NCBI GenBank assembly: GCA_035249305.1
Contig: DATFGQ010000007.1
Span: 18,915-82,914 of the forward strand
DNA length: 64,000 bases
From: Blastocatellia bacterium
GTDB taxonomy: Bacteria; Acidobacteriota; Blastocatellia; UBA7656
Direction: 5' to 3'
Every line of letters starts with the position of its first letter. Positions within the stretch are counted from its first letter, which is position 1. The notes under the pieces were generated by a model, which saw nothing but the letters and a program-made list of their open reading frames with translations, was not told the origin of the DNA and did no database searches. A program made the translations under genes and the position numbers. Positions 7,245 to 17,200 of the stretch are shown in pieces.

Positions 7245-8990
7245 ATGGGGATAGCGAAACAATCTCTTGAGTCCAGCTCGCCTTACCAAGCAAAGCCATG
7301 GCTCAAACATTACGACTTCTGGGTCCCGGCATCGACGAACTACCCGCGCCAGCCCGTCTTCCGCGCGCTCGACATCGGCGCGGGCAATTACCCCGACCGG
7401 CCTTATACGATATTCTTCGGCGCGGAGATGACCTTTCGCCAGACCCGCGACCGCGCGCTCAGACTCGCCAACGCGCTCGCCGCGATGGGCGTCTCGAAAG
7501 GCGACCGCGTTGGCGTAATGCTCCCGAACTGCCCGCAGTTCCCCATAGCTTTTTTCGCCATCGCGCGGGCGGGCGCGACCTGCGTCAGCATGAACCCTAC
7601 TTACACGCCGCGCGAATTCCAACGACTGGCTAAAGACTCGGGCGTGCGCGCGCTCGTCGTGATGGACCAGCTCGCGCCCGCGATGATACCCGCGATGGCC
7701 GAGACGGACATCCGGCACGTCATAGTCACGGGCGTCCAAGATTACATGCCCGAGCCCGTGGCCGCGCACTATGCGAAGGAGAACGCCGAGCGAATACCTG
7801 AGCTCGACAATCTTCAGCAGATGGCGCCGGAAGGCGTCACGGTGAGCGACTTCTCGAAAGTTATAGAAGAGAACCCCGCCCGACATTTTCGAATCGACAT
7901 AGACGCCGAAAATGATCTGGCCGCCTTGCAGTACACGGGCGGGACGACCGGAGTGCCCAAGGGTGCGATGCTCACGCACTACAACCTTTTCTCCAACACG
8001 ATTCAGAGCGTCTTGTGGCGCAGCCACTTTTCTACGCCCGAAGGCGAGCGCATGCTTTTGATCATCCCGATGTTTCATGTCTACGGGATGACGGTCGGGA
8101 TGTTGTTGAGCGCGATCCAGGGCGGCACGATGATTCTGATCCCGAAGTTCGACATAAATCTCATGCTCGACGCGATCAACCGCTACAAGCCTACTTTCTT
8201 TCCGGGAGTGCCGACGCTCTACGTCTCCTTGCTGAACCACCCGAAGGCGGCCGAGACGGATTTCTCTTCGATCAAGTATTTCAACAGCGGCTCGGCGCCC
8301 TTGCCGCTCGACGTGACCGAGAGGTTCGAAGAGCTTACGGGCTGCGTGCTGCGCCAGGGCTATGGGCTCAGCGAAACGTCGCCCACTACGCACTCGACCT
8401 CGCAGCTCGGCAAGCGCAAGCCCGAAAGCTGCGGCATACCGTTCCCCGATACCGAGTGCAAGATCGTCGACATCGAGACGGGCGAAGCGGAGGTCGCAGT
8501 AGGCGAGATGGGCGAGCTTTGCGTCCGCGGGCCGCAGGTCATGAAGGGCTACTGGAAACAGGAGGAAGAGACGCGGCGCGCACTCAGGGAAGACGCCGAC
8601 GGGCGCGGCCCGTGGTTTTACACGGGCGACATAGCGACGATGGACGAGGACGGCTACTTCTACATCGTGCAGCGCAAGAAAGACATGATCCTCGTCTCGG
8701 GTTTCAACGTCTACCCGAGCGAGGTCGAAGAGGTCCTCTACTCTCACCCTTCGGTGCTCGAAGCGGGGGTGATAGGCGTGGCGGACGATTACCGCGGCGA
8801 GCGCGTGAAGGCGTTCGTGGCCTTGCGCGCGGGCGCGAGCGCGACGCCCGAAGAGTTGATAGAGCATTGCCGCCAGGGGCTTGCGAAGTACAAAGTGCCG
8901 TCGGAGATCGATATACTCGCGTCGCTGCCGAAGACCGTCGTGGGCAAGATCCTTCACCGCTCGCTGCGCGAGATGGAGGCGAACAAGTAG
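7245..8990 (+). CDS. fadD: long-chain-fatty-acid--CoA ligase
   Basis: I chose the start ATG 7245, just downstream of AGGGGGA. Motifs LQYTGGTTGVPKGAMLTHYNL, GELCVRGPQVMKGYW and DRKKDMILVSGFNVYPSEVEEV closely follow E. coli FadD as I recall it. The track start at 7062 lies in the upstream intergenic repeat. Confidence 0.88.
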   Translation: MGIAKQSLESSSPYQAKPWLKHYDFWVPASTNYPRQPVFRALDIGAGNYPDRPYTIFFGAEMTFRQTRDRALRLANALAAMGVSKGDRVGVMLPNCPQFPIAFFAIARAGATCVSMNPTYTPREFQRLAKDSGVRALVVMDQLAPAMIPAMAETDIRHVIVTGVQDYMPEPVAAHYAKENAERIPELDNLQQMAPEGVTVSDFSKVIEENPARHFRIDIDAENDLAALQYTGGTTGVPKGAMLTHYNLFSNTIQSVLWRSHFSTPEGERMLLIIPMFHVYGMTVGMLLSAIQGGTMILIPKFDINLMLDAINRYKPTFFPGVPTLYVSLLNHPKAAETDFSSIKYFNSGSAPLPLDVTERFEELTGCVLRQGYGLSETSPTTHSTSQLGKRKPESCGIPFPDTECKIVDIETGEAEVAVGEMGELCVRGPQVMKGYWKQEEETRRALREDADGRGPWFYTGDIATMDEDGYFYIVQRKKDMILVSGFNVYPSEVEEVLYSHPSVLEAGVIGVADDYRGERVKAFVALRAGASATPEELIEHCRQGLAKYKVPSEIDILASLPKTVVGKILHRSLREMEANK

Positions 8991-9015
8991 ACCGACGGCA
9001 AAGGAGGGACGCAAA

Positions 9016-9840
9016 TTGGAGAGGCTTCTGGAAGGAAAGACCGCGATCATCACGGGCGCGGGGCGCGGGATAGGGCGCGCGGCGGCGGAGCTTTTCGCGC
9101 GATACGGCGCGCGTGTCGTCCTGAGCGACATAGACGCCGGTCCCGCAGAAGAGGCTGTGGGAGCCATTCTTGAGGCGAACGGCGAGGCCGTAAGCGTCGT
9201 CGGCGACGTGACGGACCGCGACTTCGCGGGCCTGATCGTCAACGCCGCGATAGAGAATTTCGGCGGCATCGACATCATAGTCAACAACGCCGGCTACACC
9301 TGGGACGCCGTGATTCACAAGATGACCGACGAGCAGTGGGAGGTCATACTCGCGGTACACCTCACGGCGCCGTTTCGCATCATACGGGCCGCGTCCGAGT
9401 ACTTGCGCGAAACGGCGAAGCGCGAGCGCGCCGCCGACGGCCGCGCCCGCGCCCGCAAGATAGTGAACATAAGCTCGACTTCCGGCACGCGCGGCAACGC
9501 GGGGCAGTCGAATTATTCTTCGGGCAAAGCCGGCGTGATCGGGTTGACGAAGACGCTCGCCAAAGAGTGGGGCCAGTTCAACATTCAGGTCAACGCCGTC
9601 GCTTTCGGCCGCATAGAGACGCGGCTGACTCAGGCGAAAGAGCGCGGTGAGACGATAACGCGCGAAGGCGTGGATATCGCCATAGGGATTCCGGGCGAGC
9701 GGTTAGAGCGCACGACGCCCCTGATCCCGATGGGCCGCGCCGGCACCGCGCTCGAAGCGGCGGGCGCAATATTCTTTTTCGCCTCGCCTTTTTCCGATTA
9801 CGTTTCGGGGCAAGTGTTGGAAGTCGCGGGCGGCCTCTGA
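9016..9840 (+). CDS. SDR-family oxidoreductase
   Basis: TTG start at 9016, 7 nt after AAGGAGGG. Contains the TGAGRGIG Rossmann motif, NNAG, and the catalytic YSSGK (YxxxK). Confidence 0.85.
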   Translation: MERLLEGKTAIITGAGRGIGRAAAELFARYGARVVLSDIDAGPAEEAVGAILEANGEAVSVVGDVTDRDFAGLIVNAAIENFGGIDIIVNNAGYTWDAVIHKMTDEQWEVILAVHLTAPFRIIRAASEYLRETAKRERAADGRARARKIVNISSTSGTRGNAGQSNYSSGKAGVIGLTKTLAKEWGQFNIQVNAVAFGRIETRLTQAKERGETITREGVDIAIGIPGERLERTTPLIPMGRAGTALEAAGAIFFFASPFSDYVSGQVLEVAGGL

Positions 9841-9843
9841 GGC

Positions 9844-9874
9844 GATCTCGAATCTCGAATTTGAGATCGAGATC
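9844..9874 (+). terminator. hairpin just after the SDR stop (no clear T-tract)
   Basis: GATCTCGAATCTC-GAATTT-GAGATCGAGATC, with one bulge, starts 4 nt after the stop codon. Confidence 0.3.
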
Positions 9875-9980
9875 GACGGTAATATTCAAAACTTTGTTGA
9901 GCGCGCGCCAGTTCTTTGAGATGATTATTAATCATCAGTGGAAACACTAAAACCGAAACACAATCTGAAAGGTAAGAATA

Positions 9981-10598
9981 ATGATTAAGACAGCTTTTTC
10001 CTTTGTCCTTCTGGTTTCTAGCGTATTGGTCGCGGCCCCCATGCCCGCGCCGCACATAATCGATCAGGCGCACAGCCAGATCAACTTCGTGGCGGAAGCC
10101 AGGTTTATTTCCGCTCACGGCTCCTTCGATAAGTGGGAGGCCGACGTGAGCCTCGACCGCGACAAGATCGAGAACTCCACCGTGAAGATCACCATCGACG
10201 CCACGAGCATCAACACGCGCGTCGAGCGGCGCGATAACCACCTTCGCAGCAAAGACTTCTTCGACGTGGCGCAGTACCCGACCATCACTTTCACTTCGAA
10301 GAAGGTGACGAAGACCGGCGATAAGAATTACACCCTCGTCGGTGACCTCGCGCTGCACGGCGTAACGAAAGAGATCACGGTCCCGGTCGAGATGGTCTTT
10401 TACGACAACAACCGCGGGCGCTTCCGCTCGACGTTCCAGCTCAACCGTAAAGAATACGGCATCACCTACGACTCGAAGATGAACTCGATCGCCGACATGG
10501 TGCAGGTACAGTTCGACATCAACGTGCTGGACAAGGCGGCCGTAGAGAAGGCCCAGAAAGAGCGCGAGGCGGCGCAAAAGCCCAAGCCGAATAATTAA
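9981..10598 (+). CDS. YceI-family periplasmic protein
   Basis: 205-aa ORF with a signal peptide and YceI-like segments SQINFVAEARFISAHGSF and RDNHLRSKDFFDVAQYPTITF. Confidence 0.85.
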   Translation: MIKTAFSFVLLVSSVLVAAPMPAPHIIDQAHSQINFVAEARFISAHGSFDKWEADVSLDRDKIENSTVKITIDATSINTRVERRDNHLRSKDFFDVAQYPTITFTSKKVTKTGDKNYTLVGDLALHGVTKEITVPVEMVFYDNNRGRFRSTFQLNRKEYGITYDSKMNSIADMVQVQFDINVLDKAAVEKAQKEREAAQKPKPNN

Positions 10599-10602
10599 GA
10601 TT

Positions 10603-11373
10603 ATGAGCGACGCCATCAAGCAGTGGGATGCTTCCGCATACGACACTAAACACTCGTTCGTCTGGCAGATGGGCGCGGGCGTTTTAGAGCTACTGTCGCC
10701 GCGGCCCGGAGAGCGCATACTCGACCTGGGCTGCGGCACGGGGCATCTCACTCGCAAGATCGCGGACTCGGGGGCTGATGTCGTAGGCATAGACAACTCC
10801 GAGGCGATGATCGAGCAGGCGCGAAAGAACTTCCCCGACATGACGTTCGAGGTAGCCGACGGGACGAGCTTTCGTTTCGACGAGCCGTTCGACGCGGTCT
10901 TCTCGAACGCTGCGATCCACTGGATGCGGGACCCTCGGGCGGTCGCGCGATGCATCTACGAGGCGCTAAAGGGCGGGGGTCGTTTTGTGGCCGAGTTCGG
11001 CGGTAAAGGGAACCTCAGGGCGACAAAGCTGGCGCTGCACGGCGTAGCGCACGACGCCGGGTTCACCGTGAGCGATGAAGTCGCTTACCGCTACTACCCT
11101 TCGGTCGGAGAGTACGCGACGCTTTTGGAGAGCGAGGGCTTTCGCGTTACTTACGCTTCGCATTTTGACCGGCCGACGCCGCTCCAGGGGGGCGAAGAGG
11201 GCTTAAGGAACTGGCTCGCGACGTTCGCCGATAATGTCTTGGATATGATTCCAGAAGATAAGCGCGCGGAGATTATCGCAGAGACTGAAAACCGCCTTCG
11301 CGCGGAAGCCTACCGCGACGGCACGTGGTACGCGGATTACAGAAGAATCCGCGTCGTCGCCGTTAAAGAATAG
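10603..11373 (+). CDS. class I SAM-dependent methyltransferase (trans-aconitate methyltransferase-like)
   Basis: 256-aa ORF with SAM motif I ILDLGCGTGHLT and the downstream motif DAVFSNAAIHW. Confidence 0.85.
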   Translation: MSDAIKQWDASAYDTKHSFVWQMGAGVLELLSPRPGERILDLGCGTGHLTRKIADSGADVVGIDNSEAMIEQARKNFPDMTFEVADGTSFRFDEPFDAVFSNAAIHWMRDPRAVARCIYEALKGGGRFVAEFGGKGNLRATKLALHGVAHDAGFTVSDEVAYRYYPSVGEYATLLESEGFRVTYASHFDRPTPLQGGEEGLRNWLATFADNVLDMIPEDKRAEIIAETENRLRAEAYRDGTWYADYRRIRVVAVKE

Positions 11374-11437
11374 AAAGAGATGAAATGCCGTTGCCGCCCC
11401 TACGCGGCGATAAAAGCTTAAGCTGATTGCTAGCATT

Positions 11438-11640
11438 TCATTTGAAATTGCTTATCAGGACTACGTCGGGCGTGTGGATGCCGCGCGAGCAGACCAGGTC
11501 GCCGTTTGCGGCCCAGTCGAACCAGAATATTCGGTCGTCCTTAGAAGTTCGTCAACCGCCTGGCGGGCGACCCATCGACGGGGAGTAGTCAGAGGTTGAT
11601 CCCGCCGTCGCGAAGATCTATGTAGGTCTATGCCCGGCCG
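11438..11640 (-). pseudogene. frameshifted remnant of a PD40/TolB-like beta-propeller protein C-terminus
   Basis: My translation of one minus frame gives ...DDRIFWFDWAANGDLVCSRGIHTPDVVLISNFK* (stop at 11438-11440), with no start and a stop five codons upstream. A second frame gives LLPVDGSPARRLTNF. Both resemble C-terminal PD40 repeat ends. Confidence 0.4.
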
Positions 11641-11863
11641 TCGGGCGTCCAACGGAAGAGTACATCCCCCGAAGACCGCGAGGCCGACCGCGAGCTTGCC
11701 GACCGGCTGCGCGTCCCGGTCATCACTATCACCAGATCGGGCATGTACGTTTACGACCCGGCGACAAAGCGGACCTCCAAGGTGCAAAACGGGCTCGACT
11801 GGCTCAACTCTTCGAACTTCTTCTACCAGTCGCCGCAGCCCTAGAGCGCGACTAATGGGATAA

Positions 11864-11964
11864 TCTGTAGGGGCAGCCCTTGTGGCTGCCCGGATCGTCC
11901 GAAGGACGATGACGTAATCGCGCTTACGCGCGATCCGGGCGGGGACAAGCCCCGCCCCTACAGA
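11864..11964. repeat. composite palindrome of four hairpins (type C element)
   Basis: The outer arms TCTGTAGG/CCTACAGA enclose four hairpins. These are GGGCAGCC-CTTGT-GGCTGCCC (11871-11891), ATCGTCC-GAA-GGACGAT (11894-11910), ATCGCGC-TTAC-GCGCGAT (11917-11934) and GGGCGGGG-ACAAG-CCCCGCCC (11937-11957). Confidence 0.6.
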
Positions 11965-11985
11965 CTAATCGATTTGCATTCTGCT

Positions 11986-12759
11986 CTAGTGCGTCATCGC
12001 GTAGATGACTACGTTGATCCCCACCTTGTAAGCTGCAAGGCCGTATTGTAGCGGGTAGCGCGGGTCGTCTATCCACTCCCACGCGTCGCCCAGGTCGCAG
12101 TTGCGCGCGACGAAGACCATAACCCTGCCGCTCTTGTCCTGTATGCCCATGTAATGCGGGGTGATGCCGCCTTTCTCGTGCGTCACGCCGCGCCTCAGCC
12201 ATGAGCCTATGCCGGGGACCTGGACCACCTGATCTATGTCGAAATAGCAATGGAAGAGCGAGTGATCGCGCGGCAAGTCTTTGATCTCGTACTCGGGCAG
12301 CACACGTTTCATCTGCTCTTGCACGTTCTGCCATTCGTACTCGCCCCAGAAATCGTCCAGGAAGAGAAAACCGCCGCGCATCAGGTATTCGCGCAGCCGC
12401 GCGGCCTCTTCTTCAGACAGCTCAAGAAAGCCCGGCTCCACGAAATAGATCAGCGGGTAGTTGAAGAGGTTGTCGTCGAGTATGCGGACCTGTTCGGGGC
12501 GGGCGGAGATGTTGAGGTTCGTGCCCGACCAGTCGCGCACGCCTATGATGAAATGGTCGTCGGCCTCGGGGAAGTCCACGGCCCACGAGCCGTTGCGCCA
12601 GCCGTCGTCCGACGAGTTATAAATCGTGCGGACGAAGGTGAACTCGCCGGGGCCTGTGCCAGGGTCCTGCGCGTGGCGCGGGACCGACCCGAGCCGGGTC
12701 TGGCCTGACACGGACGTGAGAAGCAGGAATAAGAGAATCAGGCAGGCAAACTTCTTCAT
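11986..12759 (-). CDS. secreted DUF4159-like protein
   Basis: 257-aa ORF with a signal peptide. Segments FTFVRTIY, WAVDFPEADDHF, LFNYPLIYFVEPG and GGFLFLDDFWG match my recollection of the DUF4159 family. Confidence 0.75.
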   Translation of the reverse strand: MKKFACLILLFLLLTSVSGQTRLGSVPRHAQDPGTGPGEFTFVRTIYNSSDDGWRNGSWAVDFPEADDHFIIGVRDWSGTNLNISARPEQVRILDDNLFNYPLIYFVEPGFLELSEEEAARLREYLMRGGFLFLDDFWGEYEWQNVQEQMKRVLPEYEIKDLPRDHSLFHCYFDIDQVVQVPGIGSWLRRGVTHEKGGITPHYMGIQDKSGRVMVFVARNCDLGDAWEWIDDPRYPLQYGLAAYKVGINVVIYAMTH

Positions 12760-12823
12760 AACTACCTGCTCAATTTATGCCAACCGGCGGCCGACTTCAA
12801 GCCGGCGGCTCTACTTCTTGGCC

Positions 12824-14104
12824 CTACTTCTTGCCCGCCTCGTTTATCGCGGCGTAAGAAGGTCGCGCGCCCGCGTCCTGGAGCCTCTTTGCGGCGCGTT
12901 CGACTTCCGCCATCGTGCGCAGGAAGTTTTCGCCCAGTATCTTCTTCACGTCCGAGTCGGAAAAACCCCGCTTGAGCAGCTCGTAGGTGATGGCGGGGAG
13001 CTTCGATATGTCTTCCATCCCTTCGGGCAGATTTCCGCCCACGCCGTCGAAATCCGACCCGAGCCCTACGTTGTCTATCCCTGCGACTTTCGCCACGTGA
13101 GCTATGTGGTCTATGAGCATGTCGAGCGTGACGCGCGGCCGCGGCCCCGAGAGCTTGGCTATCTCGGCGCGCATGCGGTCGAGGTCGCCCGCATAAAGAC
13201 GGCGGGCTTCGTCTATCTTCGCCTGAAGCTCGGGGCTCGGCTTGACGTACTTCGTGTTGACGAAGCTCGACCCGAAGTTGATCATCACGACCCCGCCTTT
13301 TTTGCCTACGGCGCGGAGCATCTCGTCGGTCATATTCCGGGGGATGTCCGTGAGCTGACGCGCGGAAGAGTGCGAAGCGATGACCGGGGCCTGGCTCACC
13401 TCGATCACGTCCCAGAACGTCTTATCCGACACGTGAGATATGTCGACCATCATGCCGATCCGGTTCATCTCTTTGACCACTTCGCGGCCGAAGTCCGTGA
13501 GGCCGTTGTGGTGCTTAACATCTTTGCTGTTTATGTCGCCCGACGAGTCGGCCCAGTTGTTGGTGTTCGAGTGCGTCAGCGTCATGTAGCGCACGCCGAG
13601 CCTGTAGAACATGCGCAAGGCCGAAAGGCTGTCTTCGATGGCGTGGCCGCCTTCGATGCCCATCAGCGCGGCTATCTTGCCGGATTTCGAGATGCGGCGT
13701 ATGTCGTCCGAGGTGAAAGCCATCTCAAGGGCTTCGGGGTGGCGGCGCGCCTGCTCGTAAACGTCATCTATCATGTCGAGCGCGCGGCGGGCCGAGCCGC
13801 CTTCGCGCGCGTACCGGGCCGAGACATAGATTGCGAAGAACTCCGCGTCGATGCCGCCCTCTTTCATGCGCGGTAGGTCGGTCTGGGTCTGCCCGCTCGT
13901 GTCGCGCGCGCCCAGGTCGTAATCCTTGTCCGTCATAGGCGAGGTTATATCGTTATGCGTATCGATGACGATGGCCTCTCGGTGGAGCTTCGCCGCCCGC
14001 TCGCGCAGCTTGCGGTCGTCGGGGGTCTGCTGTGACGCGGCGGGCAGCGCGAGCATCGTTAGGATAATAAAAACGGGGGAAAGCGTGCGCGCGGACTTGT
14101 TCAT
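12824..14104 (-). CDS. membrane dipeptidase (peptidase family M19)
   Basis: I chose the start ATG 14104, 5 nt after GAGGAG, which gives a signal peptide (MNKSARTLSPVFIILTMLALPAASQ). Contains DTHNDI, HSSARQL and GSDFDG motifs. Confidence 0.9.
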   Translation of the reverse strand: MNKSARTLSPVFIILTMLALPAASQQTPDDRKLRERAAKLHREAIVIDTHNDITSPMTDKDYDLGARDTSGQTQTDLPRMKEGGIDAEFFAIYVSARYAREGGSARRALDMIDDVYEQARRHPEALEMAFTSDDIRRISKSGKIAALMGIEGGHAIEDSLSALRMFYRLGVRYMTLTHSNTNNWADSSGDINSKDVKHHNGLTDFGREVVKEMNRIGMMVDISHVSDKTFWDVIEVSQAPVIASHSSARQLTDIPRNMTDEMLRAVGKKGGVVMINFGSSFVNTKYVKPSPELQAKIDEARRLYAGDLDRMRAEIAKLSGPRPRVTLDMLIDHIAHVAKVAGIDNVGLGSDFDGVGGNLPEGMEDISKLPAITYELLKRGFSDSDVKKILGENFLRTMAEVERAAKRLQDAGARPSYAAINEAGKK

Positions 14105-14221
14105 ATTTACTCCTCGCCGCGTAGCGGCGATCAAAGTTGAATCCCATCTGCCGGTACGCGGCTATCAAAACTGAATTCCAACTGGCGCTACGCGGCAAAG
14201 CGACTGAGACGGCGCTTATCA

Positions 14222-17200
14222 TCAATCCTTCTTCGCCTGCGTCGGCCGTTGGCTCAGCTCCTTCAAGAGTTCTTGCACCGCCACTTCGAGCTGCCGGTCG
14301 CGCCCCGCGAGGTTGTCTTCGGGCGTGTTATCTACAAGAATGTCCGGCTGCACGCCATAGTTCTCCATGTTAGTCCGCTTCTGGTCCGCAAGGTAGACGC
14401 CTACGCCCGGCGTGCGCACGGTCGAGCCATCGATCAATGAATAGCTCCCCGTCCCTATCACGGCGCCCGCCGTCGGCACGCCTATCACTTTGCCCAGGCC
14501 AAGCGCGCGGAATCCCGCGGGGAACATCTCGGCGTTTGACGCCGAACGCCAGTTCTGCAACACGACCTTCGGCCCGAAGAATCCCGCGAATGGGCGCAAC
14601 GCCGATTCGGTCCCGCGCGGCTGCCACACTTGATACGCCCGCTGCACGAGAATGGCGAGCAGCTCCTGCTCGATGTTGCCGCCGCCGTTCCACCGCTGGT
14701 CGATGACCAGGGCCTCTTTGTTACGATTCTCGCGGAGCTCTTTTTCGAACCTGCGGAGCGAAGGCTGATTCATCGCCTGTATGTGGACGTAGCCGACGCG
14801 CCCGTTCGACAGCTTATCGACCATCTCGCGCCGCGTGCGCACCCAGCGCTCGTAGCGGAGCTGGTTGTAGGCCGCCATCGTGACGGGCTCCAGGCGCGAG
14901 CGCCACGCCCCGTCTTCGGATGGCTTGTCGTTGAAGGTCACTTCGATCTTGCGGTTGAGCCGGTTGTTGAGCAGGTCCCAGTAATTATCGCCCGCGCGGA
15001 CCGGCTTGCCGTTGATGGCGATCAGGTAGTTGCCCGCCGCCACCTTCACCCAGTCTTTATCGGCCGGCCCTTCTTCGTAAACATGGGTCACGCGGTAGCG
15101 GCCGGCTTTCTCGTCCGATTCGAGCTCCAGCCCCAGGTGCGCAGTCGCTACGCCCGAGCGGCCTTGGGGCGGGGGCGCGGCTCCCGTGTGCGAAGCGTTC
15201 AGCTCGCCTATCATCTCGTTGATTATGTTGAGCAGCTCCTGGCGGTCGCCCACGTAATCGACGAGCGGGCGGTACTTGGCCCGCATCGAGTCCCAGTCCT
15301 TGCCATGCATCTGCGGGTCATAGAATCGATACTTCATCGTGCGCCACGCGTCGTCAAACATCTCGGCCCATTCGGCGGGGCGGTCAACCTTAACTTTGGC
15401 GGTGAAGTTGACTCGGCGGCGCGTCGCATCGCGAGCCGCGCCCGCCGCCCCGGCCATCGCCGCGGCCGCGCCGGTCGTGGGCATCGGGACGGAATAGATC
15501 GCATTGCCTTCGGTGAAGTAAAGCGTGCGGCCATCGCGCGTAATTCTCAGACCTGATATGCCGCCCCCGAACCCGCCGAAGCCGCCCGGCCCGCCCCCGT
15601 CGCCGTCGCCCGCGCCGCCCGCCGTGATGCGCGTCAGACGGCGGCCGTCTTCTTGTATGGAGTAGATCACCGGGATCGATCTGGTCGCCGCAGGCTCGGT
15701 CGTCACGAAGACGATCGTGCGGCTGTCGGGCGCTACGCTGTAGTTGAAGATCGCAAATGGCATTCTTGTGATCTGCCGCGTGCGCCGCTTGAGTCCCGCC
15801 CAGTCGATGTTGACATCCTTCGGGGGCTGGTTGCGCGGCCCGCCCATGCGACGCGGCGCGCCGTCAGCCGGCTGCTCCTGCGCTTCCGCCTGCTCGGGGC
15901 GCTCTTCGGGGTCGGCCGGGTCTCGCTCTTCGCGCTCAAGCGCGATCGCGTAGATCTGCGACTGCGGCGGGCCGCTGCCGAACCCGCCTTCGCTTCTTAT
16001 GAAGTAGAGCTTGCGGCCATCAGGCGAGAACAGAGGGCCTGAGTCGCTGTAAGAATCGAACGTGACTTTCCTCTCTTCGCCCCCCGAGGCTGAGATGAGG
16101 TAGACATCGTTTGTGCGCGTGTGGTCGGGCTTGGCATAGGCCAGCCACTTGCCGTCGGGCGACCAGACGGGCTGGCCTATGTTGCCGTAGCGCGACGAGG
16201 CGAGCTCGGTCGTCTGTTTCGTGTCGACCACGTATTTGCGCAGCTTGTTGTCGGAGGCCACGAAGGCAAACTCTTTCGAGTTAGGCGACCAGGAGAAGCC
16301 GAACTTGAGCGCGTCGATGTCGGTGATCTTCTGAGGCTCGCCCGCGCCGTCCGACGAGGCGATGTAAAACTCTTCGCGCCCGCTGCGGTCGCTTATGAAG
16401 GCTATCCATCGGCCATCGGGCGAATACTCGGGCGACTGGTCGCGCGCGGGGCCGTCGGTTATCTGGCGCAGGTCGCCTTCTTCGACCGGCGCGGTGAATA
16501 TCTCGCCGTGGATGGAGAAGACCACGCGGCGGCCCGCCGGCGCCAAGTCGTAATCGTCCGCCTGAGAGTTGAACTCGCGTATCTCGGATAGGCTCTCCTG
16601 CGTCTCGGCCGACACGTCGAGCTTGACCGGCGCGGCCTTGCGGCTGGTTACGTCGAGCTTCCAGATCTGAAAATCGTGCTCGAACATGATGACGCGCCCG
16701 TCCGAGCTCATGGCGGGCCAGCGCACGTCGCCCGTCTTAAATGACGTGACGCGCTCGGCCTTGCCGCCTTTTTCAGAAACGCGCCAGATGTTCGTAAGCC
16801 CGCCCTCCTCGCGGTCGCTCACGAAATAGATATGGCCGTCCGACGCCCACATCGGCCACGAGTCCATCCCGTCGAAATCGGTCACGTCGGTGAACTTGCC
16901 CGCCGCCACATCCATTATCGTCACGTCGCTCTGGTTAGAGCCCCTGTAATACTTGCGCCAGTAGGCCTGCGCCTTGCGGTTGATCGCTATCTTGCGGCCG
17001 TCGGGCGAATAGGTCGCGAAGACGGCCATGTCTGCGCCCGCGCTCCGCTCCATGCCGCCGTCTGCGCTCACCGTGTAGAGCTTCGCCGCGAAGTCTTCGT
17101 TGCGGTTGCTGACAAACAGCACCGAGCGCGAGTCGGGCGACCAGCCCTGCACGCTGTCGTCGGCCGAATGGAAAGTGAGCTGCTTCGGCTGGCCGCCTTC

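Noticed and set aside
8015-9073. 352-aa plus-strand ORF in an alternative frame of fadD
   Set aside because: This extremely Arg/Gly-rich off-frame translation lies inside a gene whose correct frame shows strong FadD motifs.
7221-9287. 688-aa ORF on the minus strand, the longest in this region
   Set aside because: It is antisense to the well-supported fadD and SDR genes. Its Arg/Ala/Pro-rich, low-complexity translation has no motifs. This is the typical stop-codon-poor antisense frame of high-GC DNA.
9798-10955. 385-aa minus-strand ORF
   Set aside because: It is antisense to the YceI and methyltransferase genes and crosses their intergenic gap. Its translation is low-complexity.
11461-11863. 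Track ORFs 11461-11787 (minus) and 11630-11863 (plus) as real genes
   Set aside because: Both are Arg/Pro/Ser-rich frames without motifs. The peptide-like signals here are in other frames, lack starts and are interrupted. I therefore treat the region as pseudogene debris.
12626-13876. 416-aa plus-strand ORF
   Set aside because: It is antisense to the M19 dipeptidase and DUF4159-like genes, which have clear family motifs. Its composition is Arg/His/Val-rich and artefact-like.
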